A stretch of DNA of 63,822 bases, counting the filler, from Octopus bimaculoides (taxonomy: Eukaryota): the NCBI RefSeq assembly GCF_001194135.2. It is 7 parts of 6 records of this genome, joined end to end, with 100 filler letters (N's around TTAATTAATTAA, not from the genome) between each part and the next. Parts side by side here need not be neighbours in the genome. Positions count along the whole stretch, not along the records: positions 1 to 19,747 come from NC_068985.1; positions 19,848 to 40,386 come from NC_069003.1; 5 more parts are not named here. One strand, given 5' to 3'. Below are positions 12,996 to 27,055 of the stretch, piece by piece; positions within the stretch are counted from its first letter, which is position 1, and each line of letters begins with the position of its first letter. A model generated the notes under the pieces. That model did no database searches. It saw only the letters and a list, made by a program, of their open reading frames with translations, and was not told the DNA's origin. The translations under genes and the position numbers were made by a program.

Positions 12996-14599
12996 ATCTC
13001 AGGGAGACACCGCTTGAAATAGAAAGAACAGAAAAAAGGCAAAATAAAATTATGAATGATCTCGGACTAAAAGTAAGCAGAATGTAGAACATGCCTGTCC
13101 CCTCGGGGCACACTAGCTTTACTGTTATCCGAATCAGTAACAAAATTGGGATGAAGTTTGCTGAGAGTTACGAAGCCGAGCAAGAAGAAATTACAATGCT
13201 GATTGACGGAAAGAATAACCTTTATATGTTATGATAGAAATGATGGAAAACACACCAATAATCTACCAATAAAGGAGTCATGGGATTTTTGCATTTTGGC
13301 CAAAACGGTCAATAATGAATGTACCAGGCCGTAGGAAGTGGTCGGAAAGATAAGCATTGACAGTCGTCGGGTGTGTTAATATTCCCTGGGTAGCTTCGTC
13401 TATTCTCTTTATGTATTGTGTATTAAATTTTTAACCTGTTTTAATAAATTATATTATGATTTTTCCTAAATATTCCATTTATTATATTCGTACTTCCCCC
13501 TTTTTGTTTGTAACACTTTTAATACCACACACTTTGCACAGTATCTTTGGGCCCCTGTGGCCAATAAAGAAAAAAATATATTATTATTATTATCATTGTC
13601 ATTATTAGTATACTTCGTATTAAGTTTATGGCTGTAGGTGATCATGAAGTGTAAGTTTCTTTTAGTTTAGACAAGCGACTACTAAAGATATTGCAAATTT
13701 TAAGAAAAATAATTTTAATACTAAAACAAAAACAATGTTGTATACAAATTTTCAAGACTGTATAACAGCTGCAAATGTCATAACACATCGTGTATTAATA
13801 CAATGAACACAAATAAAAATCTCTCTAAAAATGTGCTTTGAATGACTGAATATAAATTGAAACATCTGGATAATAAAGTTATTTATTATTTAATGAATAA
13901 TCAGTATAAAGATAAATGTTAGGTTATTTCAAACCGGAAAACTATGAATATATATGTAAGAAAGGTATTCTAGACGAAACAACACTCAAACACCTATGTA
14001 TTAAAGAATCTTATTGTTGTCGTCACTAATGTCATGTACTGATTGTTATCATTGTATAAACTGTATCTGTCCTGGTCAAAAGCCTGAATAAAAGTATTTT
14101 ACTAGATGTGCCTTATATAAAATAAAAACTATATAACTACTTGATATTTGTAAATAATTTAATTTATGCAGTATGAAATACGAATCATATCTGGTTGACA
14201 TATGAAATACTACAGGGTACTACTATATTTTATAAATCTATAGAATTGTCATCTGAGTAAAGGGGCTGTAATTTTGCTTTACATAACAATGAATTCGTGT
14301 TAGGAAGATATCAATCCAGCTGAATATATTTCTTGGTGTATCCTGATAGTTTGGTCTCTATTTTGTCTGATAGGTGGCTACAAATTATTTAGCAAATTAG
14401 AAAGGTCTTGAGCCACAAGTCTTCGAATTCGATCATATGATTTATTGTCTTGTGTTGTATCTCTTTTTACATCTATAATACTTCTGCCGGCTTCAACAAA
14501 ATGCAATATTTAGACAATAAGACATCATTTGTAAAAAGACTTAGTTTTGTAGCAGAAAAACGTCCAACGTAAAAATATAGCAGGTTATCATTGAATGAC

Positions 14600-15140
14600 A
14601 TCCAGGATCAACTGCAATTTATCTTAGATCGTAAAAATTGAACTAAGAGGGATTGGCTCAGAGCAATGTTTAGTGACGAAACCGCCAGTAAGTAATTTTG
14701 TCTCATGCTGCATCCCATGTACACATTTTCAGGAATCAAGTGATGCCTAACTATTAGAAAATGGGGTGGGGCATTTCTGCAAATAGAAGAGTTTGTTTTT
14801 GGATAATGTCTCCAGTAACTCAAAATATTATCTAGGTACTCTGAAGAAAAATGTTTCTACTTATATGACCATCCATAATTGCATTACATTCCACCAGGAC
14901 GGTATACATTGTTACTCTGCAAAATGCATGAAAGTATGGTCTAGAGCTAATGATATTACTGTATTGAGTAAGTACACAGGGTTATTTAATCTAAACACTA
15001 TCGTAAATACATGCTATTATATAGAAAAGAAAACTACTGCTTATTATACTTGATCAATTTCGGATTACAATTTCGGAAATTACAGCAACAATTTGGTCAA
15101 AAGTATGCCTGACCGAATTCTGCTGTATAAAGGTAACCAT
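14600..15140 (+). mobile_element. Highly degenerate Tc1 transposase fragment
   Basis: EDWLRAMFSDE and ITFHQDGIHCYSAKCMKVW...NLNTIVNTC, decayed versions of the FSDE, FQQDGA and PDLNPIENLW motifs. Confidence 0.6.
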
Positions 15141-18100
15141 GTTAAATATTTAGTGATATAACATTGATATGTGTACCTTGTAAAGTGCTAACGGGTTATC
15201 TATCTGTTTTAGTTTTAAAAAAAACATTATTTGTTTTCATTTACATCATCAGTTACAATATAAAACCTTACATTTATCAGTGTATTCAAAGTTTTGATCC
15301 CGGGTGGTATATTCCAATGAGTAATTTAATATTCAAGATGAACGCTTCCACACCACGACAAACTTGTCACTTCCAGTATTCAAACATATGTCAAACAAAT
15401 CATAAGCGCTCTGTTACAGCATAATTTTATGTTAAATATTTTGAACAAATAATTTTAATACTAATCCCCATCGATTTCTAATTTAGTCACAAGCAAATAA
15501 ATATGAGATTGTCTCAGATTCATGATTATCTAAGGAAGATTAATAGCTTAAATAAAATAAATTAAGCTACGGTCGTGCTGATGAAAGATCTTACTCCGTT
15601 GAATCTTGTCCTGGCGTAAGACGACTTCATCAACGTCTCATTTGTAGAGTTACTAATTCAACATAAGCTTACGCATGCACATGAACAAAAATATTATGGT
15701 AACTACATGTGTATATATAACTCTCCCTACAAGCACAATTTAAAAGGACAACTCACCTATGACATCAATAGGACCAAGAATACACAAATCGTATATAAAG
15801 GACTTAGGACGAGTGTAATTACGCTTATCTTCTGCTGCCTCAGTTTTCTTATGATCTTTCATTACACCTGAGGTTTCGTTAATATTGGTTCTATTAATAG
15901 AAAACGGAAGCAATTTAGTAGCAATTTAGTAGCAATTTAGTTTTATTGTATTCAATGACAAATCTTTAATTCGCACTAAATCCATGAGAATTATAATATT
16001 TTTGTATGAACCTTGTGAAAATCTGATTGTTCTGGATCAGCATATGATGGGATATCCAGAAATGTCTCGCGACAGACCCAACAATACACCCCCCCCAACC
16101 CCCCCCCAATAAACAAGTGCATAACGTATAGAATTACACCGTGAGAAAGAAATAAAGCTTCAACATTTCAGACAGTGGTCTGCTGTGAAGAACATTGAAG
16201 AAAAAGGTAAGAGGAAAAAAATTACCTGAAAAGCGATGTTATTTACAGAAAAACGGAATTATGCTTGAAAAATAGAAGTAGATATTATGGATTCTGTATG
16301 TTGCATTTACCATATACACGCTGCTTTAGTACATACGCACACTCACATGAATATATGAGTGGATTTGGTAGATGAGCAGTATGTGTTTTGGAGATGGGGT
16401 GGTGCTAACGTACACAGAATGGTATTTCTCAGTGTGTATGTGTGCGTTACGGGGAGATGTGTTATTTGAGAAAGGCAACTTGATTGTTAAATCTCCAGTA
16501 GACAGGCTGTGTTTGGCCAAGAAATTTGTTGTTGTTTACGATGCAAACGAAAAACAGGAGCTTTTTGGCGCAAAACAACATGATAGAGGGGAATATAGGC
16601 AGGTGTGGCTAAGGGATTTTAAAGTGACGAAGGACAAGTTGGAATGATTCTATAAAGCGATCTTCAAATGCCGACTAGTTTATTCAATCAGTTTATTCAA
16701 ACCGTTGCCTTGTAGAATAAATGACACGCAATCTCGGAGCAATATCGTCGACTCCACTACCACGACTACCAAAAAGAGTGGCTGACACAAACAACAGATA
16801 AACATCATCACCACTGCCACCACCACCGTTTGCCATTATCATTTCTTTACCCTTTTCTATGGGATACTTTCTCTCTTTTTCTTTTATGTTTTCTCTATCT
16901 CCCTTATGTGAATACTAACTTTTCTTCTGTCTGTCTTATTAAATTAACCCTTATTAACAACCTCACCACTAGTGCATCCGTCGCCACCAGTACCGTAACT
17001 ATCAACAGTATCTTTCTTTACTCTATTTGAGTTACTTCCTCTAGCACGGCAGAAATTGTAGGTCGGAACGTACTGTAGTATTAATATGTAGCTTGCAGAT
17101 AAGAAGAGTTAAATTCTGTTCCCAATCTCGAAAATGATGATGAATTTGGTACATTGGAGTAATATTCCGATTCCAACCAAGCCAGAGAATTCGTTGGGTT
17201 ATTTCTATGACACCAATTAAAGGATACATTCCGAAGATGGTGGAGGATTGCACCAAGATAGCGTTCTTTATGATGTAACTAACTCTAACTCTTAAGTCTT
17301 GGCACGGTTTTGCAAGGGTCTTTAAAAAGTTTTCAAAAATTTTAATTTAATTCTTTGGAAATGATCAGTAAAAGTGTAACTGTTCTAGATGTAATTCTCG
17401 TCATTAATATGAGCTCATATTACCCATAGTACAAATTAAAAAAACCTACACTGCATTTACAAATCATCTAGTCTCCCTAAATCTATTATCAATAATCTAA
17501 TTAGAAATATTTTCATTAAAATCTTTAAACTGTCAGCAAATGGCGAAATATTCCAAAATAATATCAACTATCATAATGTGCCACTAAAAACAGATGTGCA
17601 GTTGATCCAAAGAAAAATAGTCTACGTGTATATCTGACATCAATTATTTTAACCTAAATCTTAGGATAAACAAATCTAGGAAACTAAATACTAATAACAC
17701 TTTATCTTCAACTAGTAAACACTCAAAGACAGATTATAACATGGAAAATTTAAATAATGTTAAACCTAGAACTAATTCTCCAAATAACCATACCTCAAAG
17801 AAGTATAAGAAGACAAGCAAAGATAAATGGACATAATTTTATTGAATTCCTTAGAAACGCTAACTCAAAGCATGATGATAGTGTAATGAAAGATGGTAAT
17901 GACAAAACCAGAATTAAACATGGACCTATAACTATTAGCAATAGAAAGATAATTGAAAGTATTAGCGTAAGCCCCAATTAAATGTTGCACATAAAATTAC
18001 TAGCAATGCTAGAGATATAATTAATAGTGGTACTAGCAATAGTACACGAAGCAGTAATTACAATTCAAATAATAATACTAATCATGATGACAATAATAAC

Positions 18101-19847
18101 TAACAGCTTCGGATTTAAAGGATCTTCTCGCAGAGATATTTCTCAATGTCATTCTGATAATGCCTCCGACCTTAGTATAGTTTCTAATCCGAAAACGGAT
18201 ATTTTACATCTCATCCGCAAAATTGAAATTAATGGAAGAAATAGTAGAAAACTAAACAGCACATGGTATAATACTCCATGCTTCTCTTGAAAAAAACTAA
18301 CAGAGCTAAAACATCACATGAAATGATTTGAAAAACCACCATTCTGGCCATTAGAATCTCAACTTTACTCTTATACTCCAGAACGCCTCACACATCTGAT
18401 AATATCTCTAAACTTAAATTAGGACTAAAAATAATATCATTCGAAAGGAAATATCTAACAGTTGTAGTCTTAACAATAATGATGTAAATTTCTCCCAATC
18501 TCACTCTAATAATTAAAAATAGGAAAAAACAACCGTTTGTGAATGTGTACAATTTGTCAAATCTGATTACTGATTGAGTTGAACAGAAAGGAAACTCGTA
18601 GTAATAGTACCAATGTTAAAAGGGTAAATTACTAACATCTACCAAACAAACACTGTAACAATAGTAACAGCAGCGAACTTCAATGTAATAATAGTAGCTG
18701 TGGAATTCGGCTTTAAATGTAAACACAAAAAGGATAAAGCAAGCTGAGCATGTAGATGAGAATACGGAAATTTCACCAACTCCATTTAAATTGACTGCAA
18801 AGAATATTGCTAGAGGGTTGGCATTTATAGAAGGTCTTAAATTTTTTGCTAATAACAGTCTTAATTGTTAACATAACATAGACCTCACAAAGGGAGCTTA
18901 CAATGAGTTCAATTTCTACAGTGAGCTGTACAAAAAGAAGATATGGTATAAAGATCAAACAGTTTTCGATAAGTACTTCGCCTTTCAAATAGATATTGAT
19001 GATGAACTATAAGACGGAAGTTAGTAGCTCTAATACCCACATTAATTCACCTTCACACATCTTTTGTGATAAGAGCCTTCTAGCACTACGATATTACAAT
19101 CCTTATTTTTTAACATATTTCTCTTCAAATGCTTTTATTCCACTCAGCTGGCAAAAATGAGTAATCCTACGACAGACCGGCGTCCCGTTCAAGTGGCGAG
19201 TTTATACGCCATGAAACCGGAAAACCGGCCCTTATGAGTCTGCACTACTCGAGAAAGTAATTTTACTTTACCTTTACATATAAATATTTTACTGTGTATA
19301 GTTCATAATTGTAATTTTTATGTACAAAAGTGGTCCAATTNNNNNNNNNNNNNNNNNNNNNNNNNNNNNNNNNNNNNNNNNNNNNNNNNNNNNNNNNNNN
19401 NNNNNNNNNNNNNNNNNNNNNNNNNNNNNNNNNNNNNNNNGTATGTATGTATGTACGTACGTACGTACGTACGTACGTATGTATGTATGCTAACTCAATC
19501 AATGCTTTCACATATTAGTCGGGGTATAATCTGACAATTTATCAACCAGAAGTAGTAATTAACGGCGATTCGATTAATTAGACGTATATGAATTAGATTC
19601 TGTTCCGTAGAATATTAGAAGATTGTGAAATATAAAGAAATGAAATATTTGAATATACAAAATATTAGCCTATTTACACTTGTGCAATTTCTCGCATGCC
19701 CAGATACCCAACGATTTAACAAGAACGTAAAAGTGGATATATATATANNNNNNNNNNNNNNNNNNNNNNNNNNNNNNNNNNNNNNNNNNNNTTAATTAAT
19801 TAANNNNNNNNNNNNNNNNNNNNNNNNNNNNNNNNNNNNNNNNNNNN

Positions 19848-20092
19848 GTGTGTGTGTGTGTGTGTGTGTGTGTGCTTGTGTCTATGTCTGTCACCCCCAC
19901 CATCACTTGACAACTGATGTTGGTGTGTTTATGTCCCCGTAAATTAGCGGTTCGGCAAAGAGATCGATAGAATAAGTACTCGGCTTACAAAGAATAAGTC
20001 CTGAGGTCGATTTGTTCTACTAAAACCCCTTAAGGTGGTGCTCCAGCATGGCTACAGTCAAATGACTGAAACAAGTAAAAGAATGAAAGAAT
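19848..20092 (+). mobile_element. SINE family A, 3' half
   Basis: Matches 1630-1845. Confidence 0.8.
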
Positions 20093-20679
20093 ACATACAC
20101 GTATATAATGGTATATTCAATCCAAACAAGAGCAAGCAAGAAAAAACAACAATGCGAGCACGTGGTACAAGTGTTTTGTCGTATATATTGATATATTTTG
20201 ATACGGTCATTTTTGTTTTGTTCGCCAAATAAATCCATGTATTGTACATTCGTTCTTCAGTTCAGATTTACTATTGTTCTTATATTATGCCCTTTGCCTG
20301 GAAATTTTTCGTCACACATCCTGTGAATTTTTCAGTGACTCTGGATCCCATATGTCTCCTCCTAAACAGGACAAGACTAAACAGAACAAGAGGAAACTCA
20401 TTACAAAGTGGGCCGCACTGCTAAAAGAATTCAAGATTAGTTTTCGTTAGGTGTGCTGTGTGTTGCATTTAGTCATGGGCAGCAGTGAATTAGCAGAGAT
20501 ATACCTTCAGATCCCTATTCGGGCTCTCTACGTTCTTAATCTGTTGAGGGCAACTTTTCAGCCTTTTGAGGTTGATAAAGTACCAAGCCAGGGCAGTGGT
20601 TCGACAGAATTGTTAAAACGTCGGAGGACAAGATCCTTATTTTAAATCTCTACGTTTTGAGTTTTAAACTGCTGACCAA

Positions 20680-21103
20680 TACCTTGGGAGTGGATTTGAC
20701 TAATGGAAATTGTGTGGAAGCCCGTCGCATATGTATATATATGAGCAAGTTGTGCGTGTGCGTCTTTGTATTTGTCCCCCCCCACCCCGAACAAAAAAAA
20801 CCCACTTGGTAACCGTTGTTGGTTTATTTACGTCCCTGTACATTAGAAATCCGACAAAAGATACTAGCACAATGGATCTTTTTGGTTTGACGGGCAACAC
20901 TTGTTTTCTTAACGAAACACTTTCAAACTTGGGATACTGGTAGAATGTGTCATATAAAACATCTTTTTGAAAGTGTTTCGGTACCAAAAGCACTACATAA
21001 AACATTAATGAAAAATGTTGCCCGTCAAACCAAAAAGACCCGGTACAATTAGTTACTAGACTTAAAAATAAGTACTGGGGGTCGTCCAATAACTGAAACA
21101 AGT
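20680..21103 (+). mobile_element. SINE family A, degraded; its tail abuts an LTR
   Basis: GGGAGTGGATTTG...GAAGCCCGTC...ACTGAAACAAGT. Confidence 0.65.
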
Positions 21104-23502
21104 TGTAGTAACGCCGTGCGCATGCGTGGAATTCAACAAGCAAGCTTTCCCGCTTCATTCTGTCTCTTTCTCGGTCGGCCGGCCATGAGCATGGACGTGT
21201 CAAGCAGTGTCTCCAACATTCCAACTCTGGAGACAGTCTCTTTCTTGCTGGCCAGCGATTGAGCATGGACGTGTTTAGCTGTCTCTCACCATCTTTCGGA
21301 CTTACGCTCGACAGCTCGCTTACATCTACATACCAACGTCCCAACAACAATGCTCACACACACAGAAGCTGTAACAACAAACAAGAGCTAAAGATGTATA
21401 TATTTACCACCTGAATAAATGTTGTTTAAGTTGATAGTCTGGAGTTCAGCGTTCCGTTNNNNNNNNNNNNNNNNNNNNNNNNNNNNNNNNNNNNNNNNNN
21501 NNNNNNNNNNNNNNNNNNNNNNNNNNNNNNNNNNNNNNNNNNNNNNNNNNNNNNNNNNNNNNNNNNNNNNNNNNNNNNNNNNNNNNNNNNNNNNNNNNNN
21601 NNNNNNNNNNNNNNNNNNNNNNNNNNNNNNNNNNNNNNNNNNNNNNNNNNNNNNNNNNNNNNNNNNNNNNNNNNNNNNNNNNNNNNNNNNNNNNNNNNNN
21701 NNNNNNNNNNNNNNNNNNNNNNNNNNNNNNNNNNNNNNNNNNNNNNNNNNNNNNNNNNNNNNNNNNNNNNNNNNNNNNNNNNNNNNNNNNNNNNNNNNNN
21801 NNNNNNNNNNNNNNNNNNNNNNNNNNNNNNNNNNNNNNNNNNNNNNNNNNNNNNNNNNNNNNNNNNNNNNNNNNNNNNNNNNNNNNNNNNNNNNNNNNNN
21901 NNNNNNNNNNNNNNNNNNNNNNNNNNNNNNNNNNNNNNNNNNNNNNNNNNNNNNNNNNNNNNNNNNNNNNNNNNNNNNNNNNNNNNNNNNNNNNNNNNNN
22001 NNNNNNNNNNNNNNNNNNNNNNNNNNNNNNNNNNNNNNNNNNNNNNNNNNNNNNNNNNNNNNNNNNNNNNNNNNNNNNNNNNNNNNNNNNNNNNNNNNNN
22101 NNNNNNNNNNNNNNNNNNNNNNNNNNNNNNNNNNNNNNNNNNNNNNNNNNNNNNNNNNNNNNNNNNNNNNNNNNNNNNNNNNNNNNNNNNNNNNNNNNNN
22201 NNNNNNNNNNNNNNNNNNNNNNNNNNNNNNNNNNNNNNNNNNNNNNNNNNNNNNNNNNNNNNNNNNNNNNNNNNNNNNNNNNNNNNNNNNNNNNNNNNNN
22301 NNNNNNNNNNNNNNNNNNNNNNNNNNNNNNNNNNNNNNNNNNNNNNNNNNNNNNNNNNNNNNNNNNNNNNNNGATTACCACCGTGACGACAACAATTACT
22401 ACTACCAACTACAAGCATTCCCCCCGACGTCGCCAAGTTTCAACAGGACATCATTACCACTGTCAACATCATTACCACCACACATACAGAACACAGCTAT
22501 ATTACAGTTCCTGCGCCGACGTCTTCACCATCAATGTACTGTCTACCACAATGTCGTTCGCCAACAACCCCACCACCAGGGACACACCAGATCAACACAC
22601 TCGGTTTTATGTTCACTGTGGAGTGGAATTTATCCACTCACGCACAACAGTAAGAGCTAGCCGAATTGAATATTCCGTACCAGGTAAACGGTTACAACTG
22701 ACCACGACTTCCTGAGTAGACATTCTATCTCCTTGTGGAATTTTAATACGAACTGGTTTTCTCTATCTCAGTGTTTTGGGACTTTTCGCAGTCTATACTA
22801 CAGACACTTTTATTATGTTCTGTGTTTTTTTTCTCACACATACACTAGTGCACTCATATATTTTCTTTCCTTTCAGGGAAAACAAACAATCAGACTTTTA
22901 CATCGCGTGATTCCAGTTTCCTGGACAGTTGTCATCACGGTTGTTTTGTCATTGTCATTTCATTTGTACATTGCATGCATGTATCACACGAGTGTACATT
23001 TCATTTCTTTCATTTTTCTTTGTGTGTGTTTGTGCTACATCTTGTGGGTGGTTTTCAGTGGCCATCCTGCCTCAGGCGTTCCAACAGATTTCATATTATC
23101 GTGCGTTTCCGCACTGGCAAGGGAGCCCTGTAGTAACGCCGTGCGCATGCGTAGTCTCACGCATGCGTGGAATTCAACAAGCAAGCTTTCCCGCTTCATT
23201 CTGTCTCTTTCTCGGTCGGCCGGCCATGAACATGGACGTGTCAAGCAGTGTCTCCAACATTCCAACTCTGGAGACAGTCTCTTTCTTGCTGGCCAGCGAT
23301 TGATCATGGACGTGTTTAGCTGTCTCTCACCATCTTTCGGACTTACGCTCGACAGCTCGCTTACATCTACATACCAACGTCCCAACAACAATGCTCACGC
23401 ACACAGAAGCTGTAACAACAATCAAGAGCTAAAGATGTATATATTTACCACCTGAATAAATGTTGTTTAAGTTGATAGTCTGGAGTTCAGCGTTCCGTTA
23501 TA
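21104..23502 (+). mobile_element. LTR retrotransposon (Gypsy-like): two about 99% identical LTRs (21104-about 21460, 23129-about 23502), interior partly in a gap
   Basis: Both repeats start TGTAGTAACG and contain AATAAA; they differ by 4 substitutions and a 16-bp indel. Purine-rich GGCAAGGGAG lies before the 3' copy, preceded by a frameshifted TSxGxxxQWPSCL resembling the Gypsy pol tail. No TSD found. Confidence 0.75.
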
Positions 23503-23797
23503 TTTCTTAATTTTATATAGGAAAGTCAGGTATACATCTAATGATGTATAACCAACTTTTCTATAAAGTAAAAGATAATAAATAATGGCAACAACAGCAA
23601 TGTGACTTCGACATCATTGTTGTCGTTGTCATCATCAACAACAACAACAACGTCGTCATCATTGTAATCGCCAAGATGACAACAAAAACGTATTCTCGAG
23701 TTTCCACCCATTCACCTCACCACCACCACCCCTAGCACTATTGTTACCATCATCACTATCATTATCATCAGCAGCAGCATTAACACCAACTCCGCTG

Positions 23798-23828
<31 letters not shown>

Positions 23829-25005
23829 GCAGAAACGTCAAGTAAAGATTGAAAAGGGAAAAGGCAGTAGAAAAAGCTAACCTCAATTAAGCGTGAAATA
23901 AATCCAGCAGCAGCAGCAGTTAGTAGTGGTGGTGATGACGGCGGTGGCAGCGTGAAGTAGCTGTTCGTCTCCTGTGACAAGAAAGAGAAGTTGGAAGCAC
24001 TTATGATTTCTAACTACAAGGTAAATGTATCGTTTACACTCACACACACACACACACACGTACATCTGTCGGTTGTTGTTGCTTAACCCCAGGTCAACTT
24101 CGATCGAACAAAAACTGTGATCGCTGCATGTTTGCTTGTTTTTTGGGGGGTTTTTTTCCTCTCACTTTTTATTCAAGTATATATAAGTGTATCTGGGAGA
24201 GCATTATTCAATGTTTCTTCCACTTTCAAACATGGTATGAGAGAGATCGGAAAGGGCTCGCAAGATCTCGTAAGTTGAACGAACGAGCGACCAACCGCGA
24301 AGAGGATCCCGTGAAATTACCATTTATTGGCACGCAAGTCAGACGTGCAAAATTATGCATACCTTTTGTATATACACGTCATTTTATGTAATGTATATGA
24401 AGCGTTATATATGTGTGTGTGTGATAGAATTTGCATTCACATTGTTTATATATATATTCGTGTATATGTATACATACAGAATTTACTTTAAAGTTTCTTT
24501 TAGAAAGTGTGATGTGATTTTCTTATATGGGAATCGTTCCGGCAAACATTTGTTTACTGAGCATTTCTCTACACGTGGACTATTGATGTTATGTCTTTGT
24601 TATCATGTCTCACAATCCACTCATTCGAAACTCAGCCTAACCTAGAGAATGATAAAAAGAAAAGAAAACTAGAGCATATGCGTATGTCCCAAACACTCTT
24701 GAGGAGACTTTTAGGCGATTGTATAGCACTTACATCCTTCTGTCTGACGCGCGCGCGCGCACACACACACACACATCCTCTCTCTTTATCACTCTTTCTC
24801 TTTTTTCTCTCTCTCTCTCTTTATCCCTCCGTCTTTCTCTTTTTTCTTTCTCTCTCACAAATCGTATTTCTTTCAAAAACAGAGACACTTAAGACAATTC
24901 CTGGTTTTATGACACAAACTTCTTGTTTTAAAGTGATTTTAAGTTAAAACCTCCTACGATTTCACGTCCATTTTCCAAACACTAGCTTAATAATGAATGG
25001 CAAAG

Positions 25006-26000
25006 TTATTACCTCCGCCTTCCGAGGGCGGAGATGTTGTTTCCAGTCTGTTTGTTTGCTGGTTTGTGGACAAGACACCTCAAGAACCGTTGGATGGATT
25101 CGGATGAAACTTTCAGAGATGTTTGTCTTCGTGACTGGCACGAACTCATTAGATTTGGGGATCGATCTGGTATCGGACAAGGATTTTCGATTATTATATT
25201 TACTTTTAGGATTACTTTGACGTTCAATTTTTTTCTCAATTAGCTTCCTTGACGCTGTTGTAAAAGTTTTATTTTCGTTTCTCTTTAATTAATTTTACTC
25301 GTGTCTCTAAACTGATGAAGAAAGAATTCAAACTGCATAAACAAACGGCAGCAAAACCGTTCAGAAATTAAATAACACTATCTTATATTTTTATAATGTA
25401 TATATTAAATATATTATACATACATATTAACACTTTACTTATATACATACATATACTTACATATATACATCGATCTAAAACGAGAGCAATACTAAAGGAA
25501 GGCCGGAATTTAAGAGAAGAAACCAAAAGGTCTCATGCTATTCATTTAAAAATTCCTGATTAGAATTTATTATTACAACCGCTCTTGAAAGTATTTTGAA
25601 TGGTGAATTTGTTAACTTTCACTTGTATTATAACTTAGATAATAAAAAAAAATCTTAGATATGTTTCGACCAAAGATCGATCCAGGCCATGTCTAACTTA
25701 ATAGATAAGGATAAACTATTTATTACAATTACTAAATTTTCTACAACCACCTTCACATTCCGTGATTACCATTGGGATCGATCAGGTACCGGATAAGGAT
25801 TCTGGATTATTTTTCCGGGTTTTTTTTTTGTTGTTTTTTTTACTTAATTTTTGAGATCGGTCAGGTTCATTTTTAGTATTCTCGTTTGTGAGACCAGTCG
25901 AGTTTATTTCAGATATTCACATTTTAAAATACATCTCTGGCTAATCGTTGAGAGGACGTTAGTGTTACCTTGGCGGAGGTTTGCGCTCTTGTTTTACTAG
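25006..26000 (+). mobile_element. Non-autonomous Helentron/HINE-like element
   Basis: 5' TTATTACCTCCGCC and 3' GGCGGAGGTTTGCGCTCT...CTAG subterminal inverted repeat; GTTTG/GTCTG tract; internally repeated GGGATCGATC..GGAT block. Family assignment from recalled architecture. Confidence 0.6.
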
Positions 26001-26716
26001 ATAATTTCATGATTTTCAAAATTGTTTCAACAGAAACAAGATAACCAAAGTGTAGGATGAGCTATGCCTGTCAAGGCAGTATGGTCAGGGATTGATTGCT
26101 TTTGATCATAACCTGGAATTAAACTCACAACAATCACAATAACAAACGTATTAAAGGGAATCAAGAGGAAAGCCCTTACGTCGTTCACTCGGCTAGCTCG
26201 AAAAAACAACCACATCTTCTTTAAATCGCACCCGGCTGCCTTAAAATAATCGAAGGACACATTGGATTATGTAATCTGGTTCACTGTGCATAGAAAAACA
26301 AGGTTCCGACTGAAATACTTTGGATTTTTAAGTCTACTCAATGAAGACCAACAATGTGACGCATCTAAGTGGTCGTTCGTCTCGCTAGAAATGGCAGCAA
26401 AATCCCTCCCATATCCCATACCCCAAGGTCTTAAAGGCGTATCCGATAATGCAGTCCTACATATCCGTAAAACGAAGAAAAGAAAGACGGGATTGTTATG
26501 GTTAGAATGCTTTTGATCATAGATCTGGTTGAACAGGCTTTACCAGGGGCTAAACAACAACATGTATTAAAGAATGCTTCTTTGCGTGTATGTAGCATGT
26601 TCTAGACGACCTCTGTAGATGTGTAAATCTGAAATCTTCCTTCAGCGTTTGTTTGTGTGTGCATATTTGGCTCCTGGATACATAAAAAAGGTAATCTATA
26701 AATGTCACCGAGAAAC

Positions 26717-26806
26717 GGCGGAGGTAAAGAATACGCGCACTACCCGTTTTCGGCGTAACCTAACCCTAAACGCTGAAAACGTGTGGTGTGCGTATTTACT
26801 TTCGCC
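26717..26806. repeat. Imperfect hairpin with a telomere-like loop (AACCTAACCCTAA)
   Basis: 26717-26756 is the imperfect reverse complement of 26770-26806. Confidence 0.8.
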
Positions 26807-27055
26807 CTAGAAATGACAGTCAATATTTCCCTTTCAAACATTCTTACAGTGTCAAAATAAAATTAATATTCTCTTTCACATATTTAAAAGTGTAGTCCTA
26901 GGAACATGTATAAACACATAGTAGTCATGCGTGGTTTGTCCTGACTGGTATGTGTCGTCGCTCGTTCACGAATGACCAGGAGCGAAGACAACAACAGCAA
27001 CAGAAGAAAGGGGAAAAAACCTCTACCCAGTCGGTTGGTCTGCTAAAAATAACAG

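Noticed and set aside
16372-16647. 91-aa non-repetitive ORF (MSSMCFGDG...)
   Set aside because: No recognisable domain or splice context; length within chance expectation
17231-17266. Minus-strand ERYLGAILHHLR resembling the GPCR TM3 ERY motif
   Set aside because: Wrong strand for the GPCR, in-frame stops just upstream, no TM helix before or after
19792-19803. TTAATTAATTAA islands inside N runs (also near 40431, 43271, 52186, 57965, 62379)
   Set aside because: An identical 12-mer always flanked by Ns and giving stops in all six frames is a scaffolding spacer, not biology
20262-20412. Frame LLLFLYYALCLEIF...KQNKRKLITK resembling TM5-ICL3
   Set aside because: No TM5 proline or YxxI pattern, and the only nearby donor gives a phase incompatible with the phase-0 exon at 50954
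22877-23030. Strong acceptor-like TTTCTTTCCTTTCAG followed by a hydrophobic ORF, a candidate upstream GPCR exon
   Set aside because: No class A TM motifs, and it lies inside the LTR element interior
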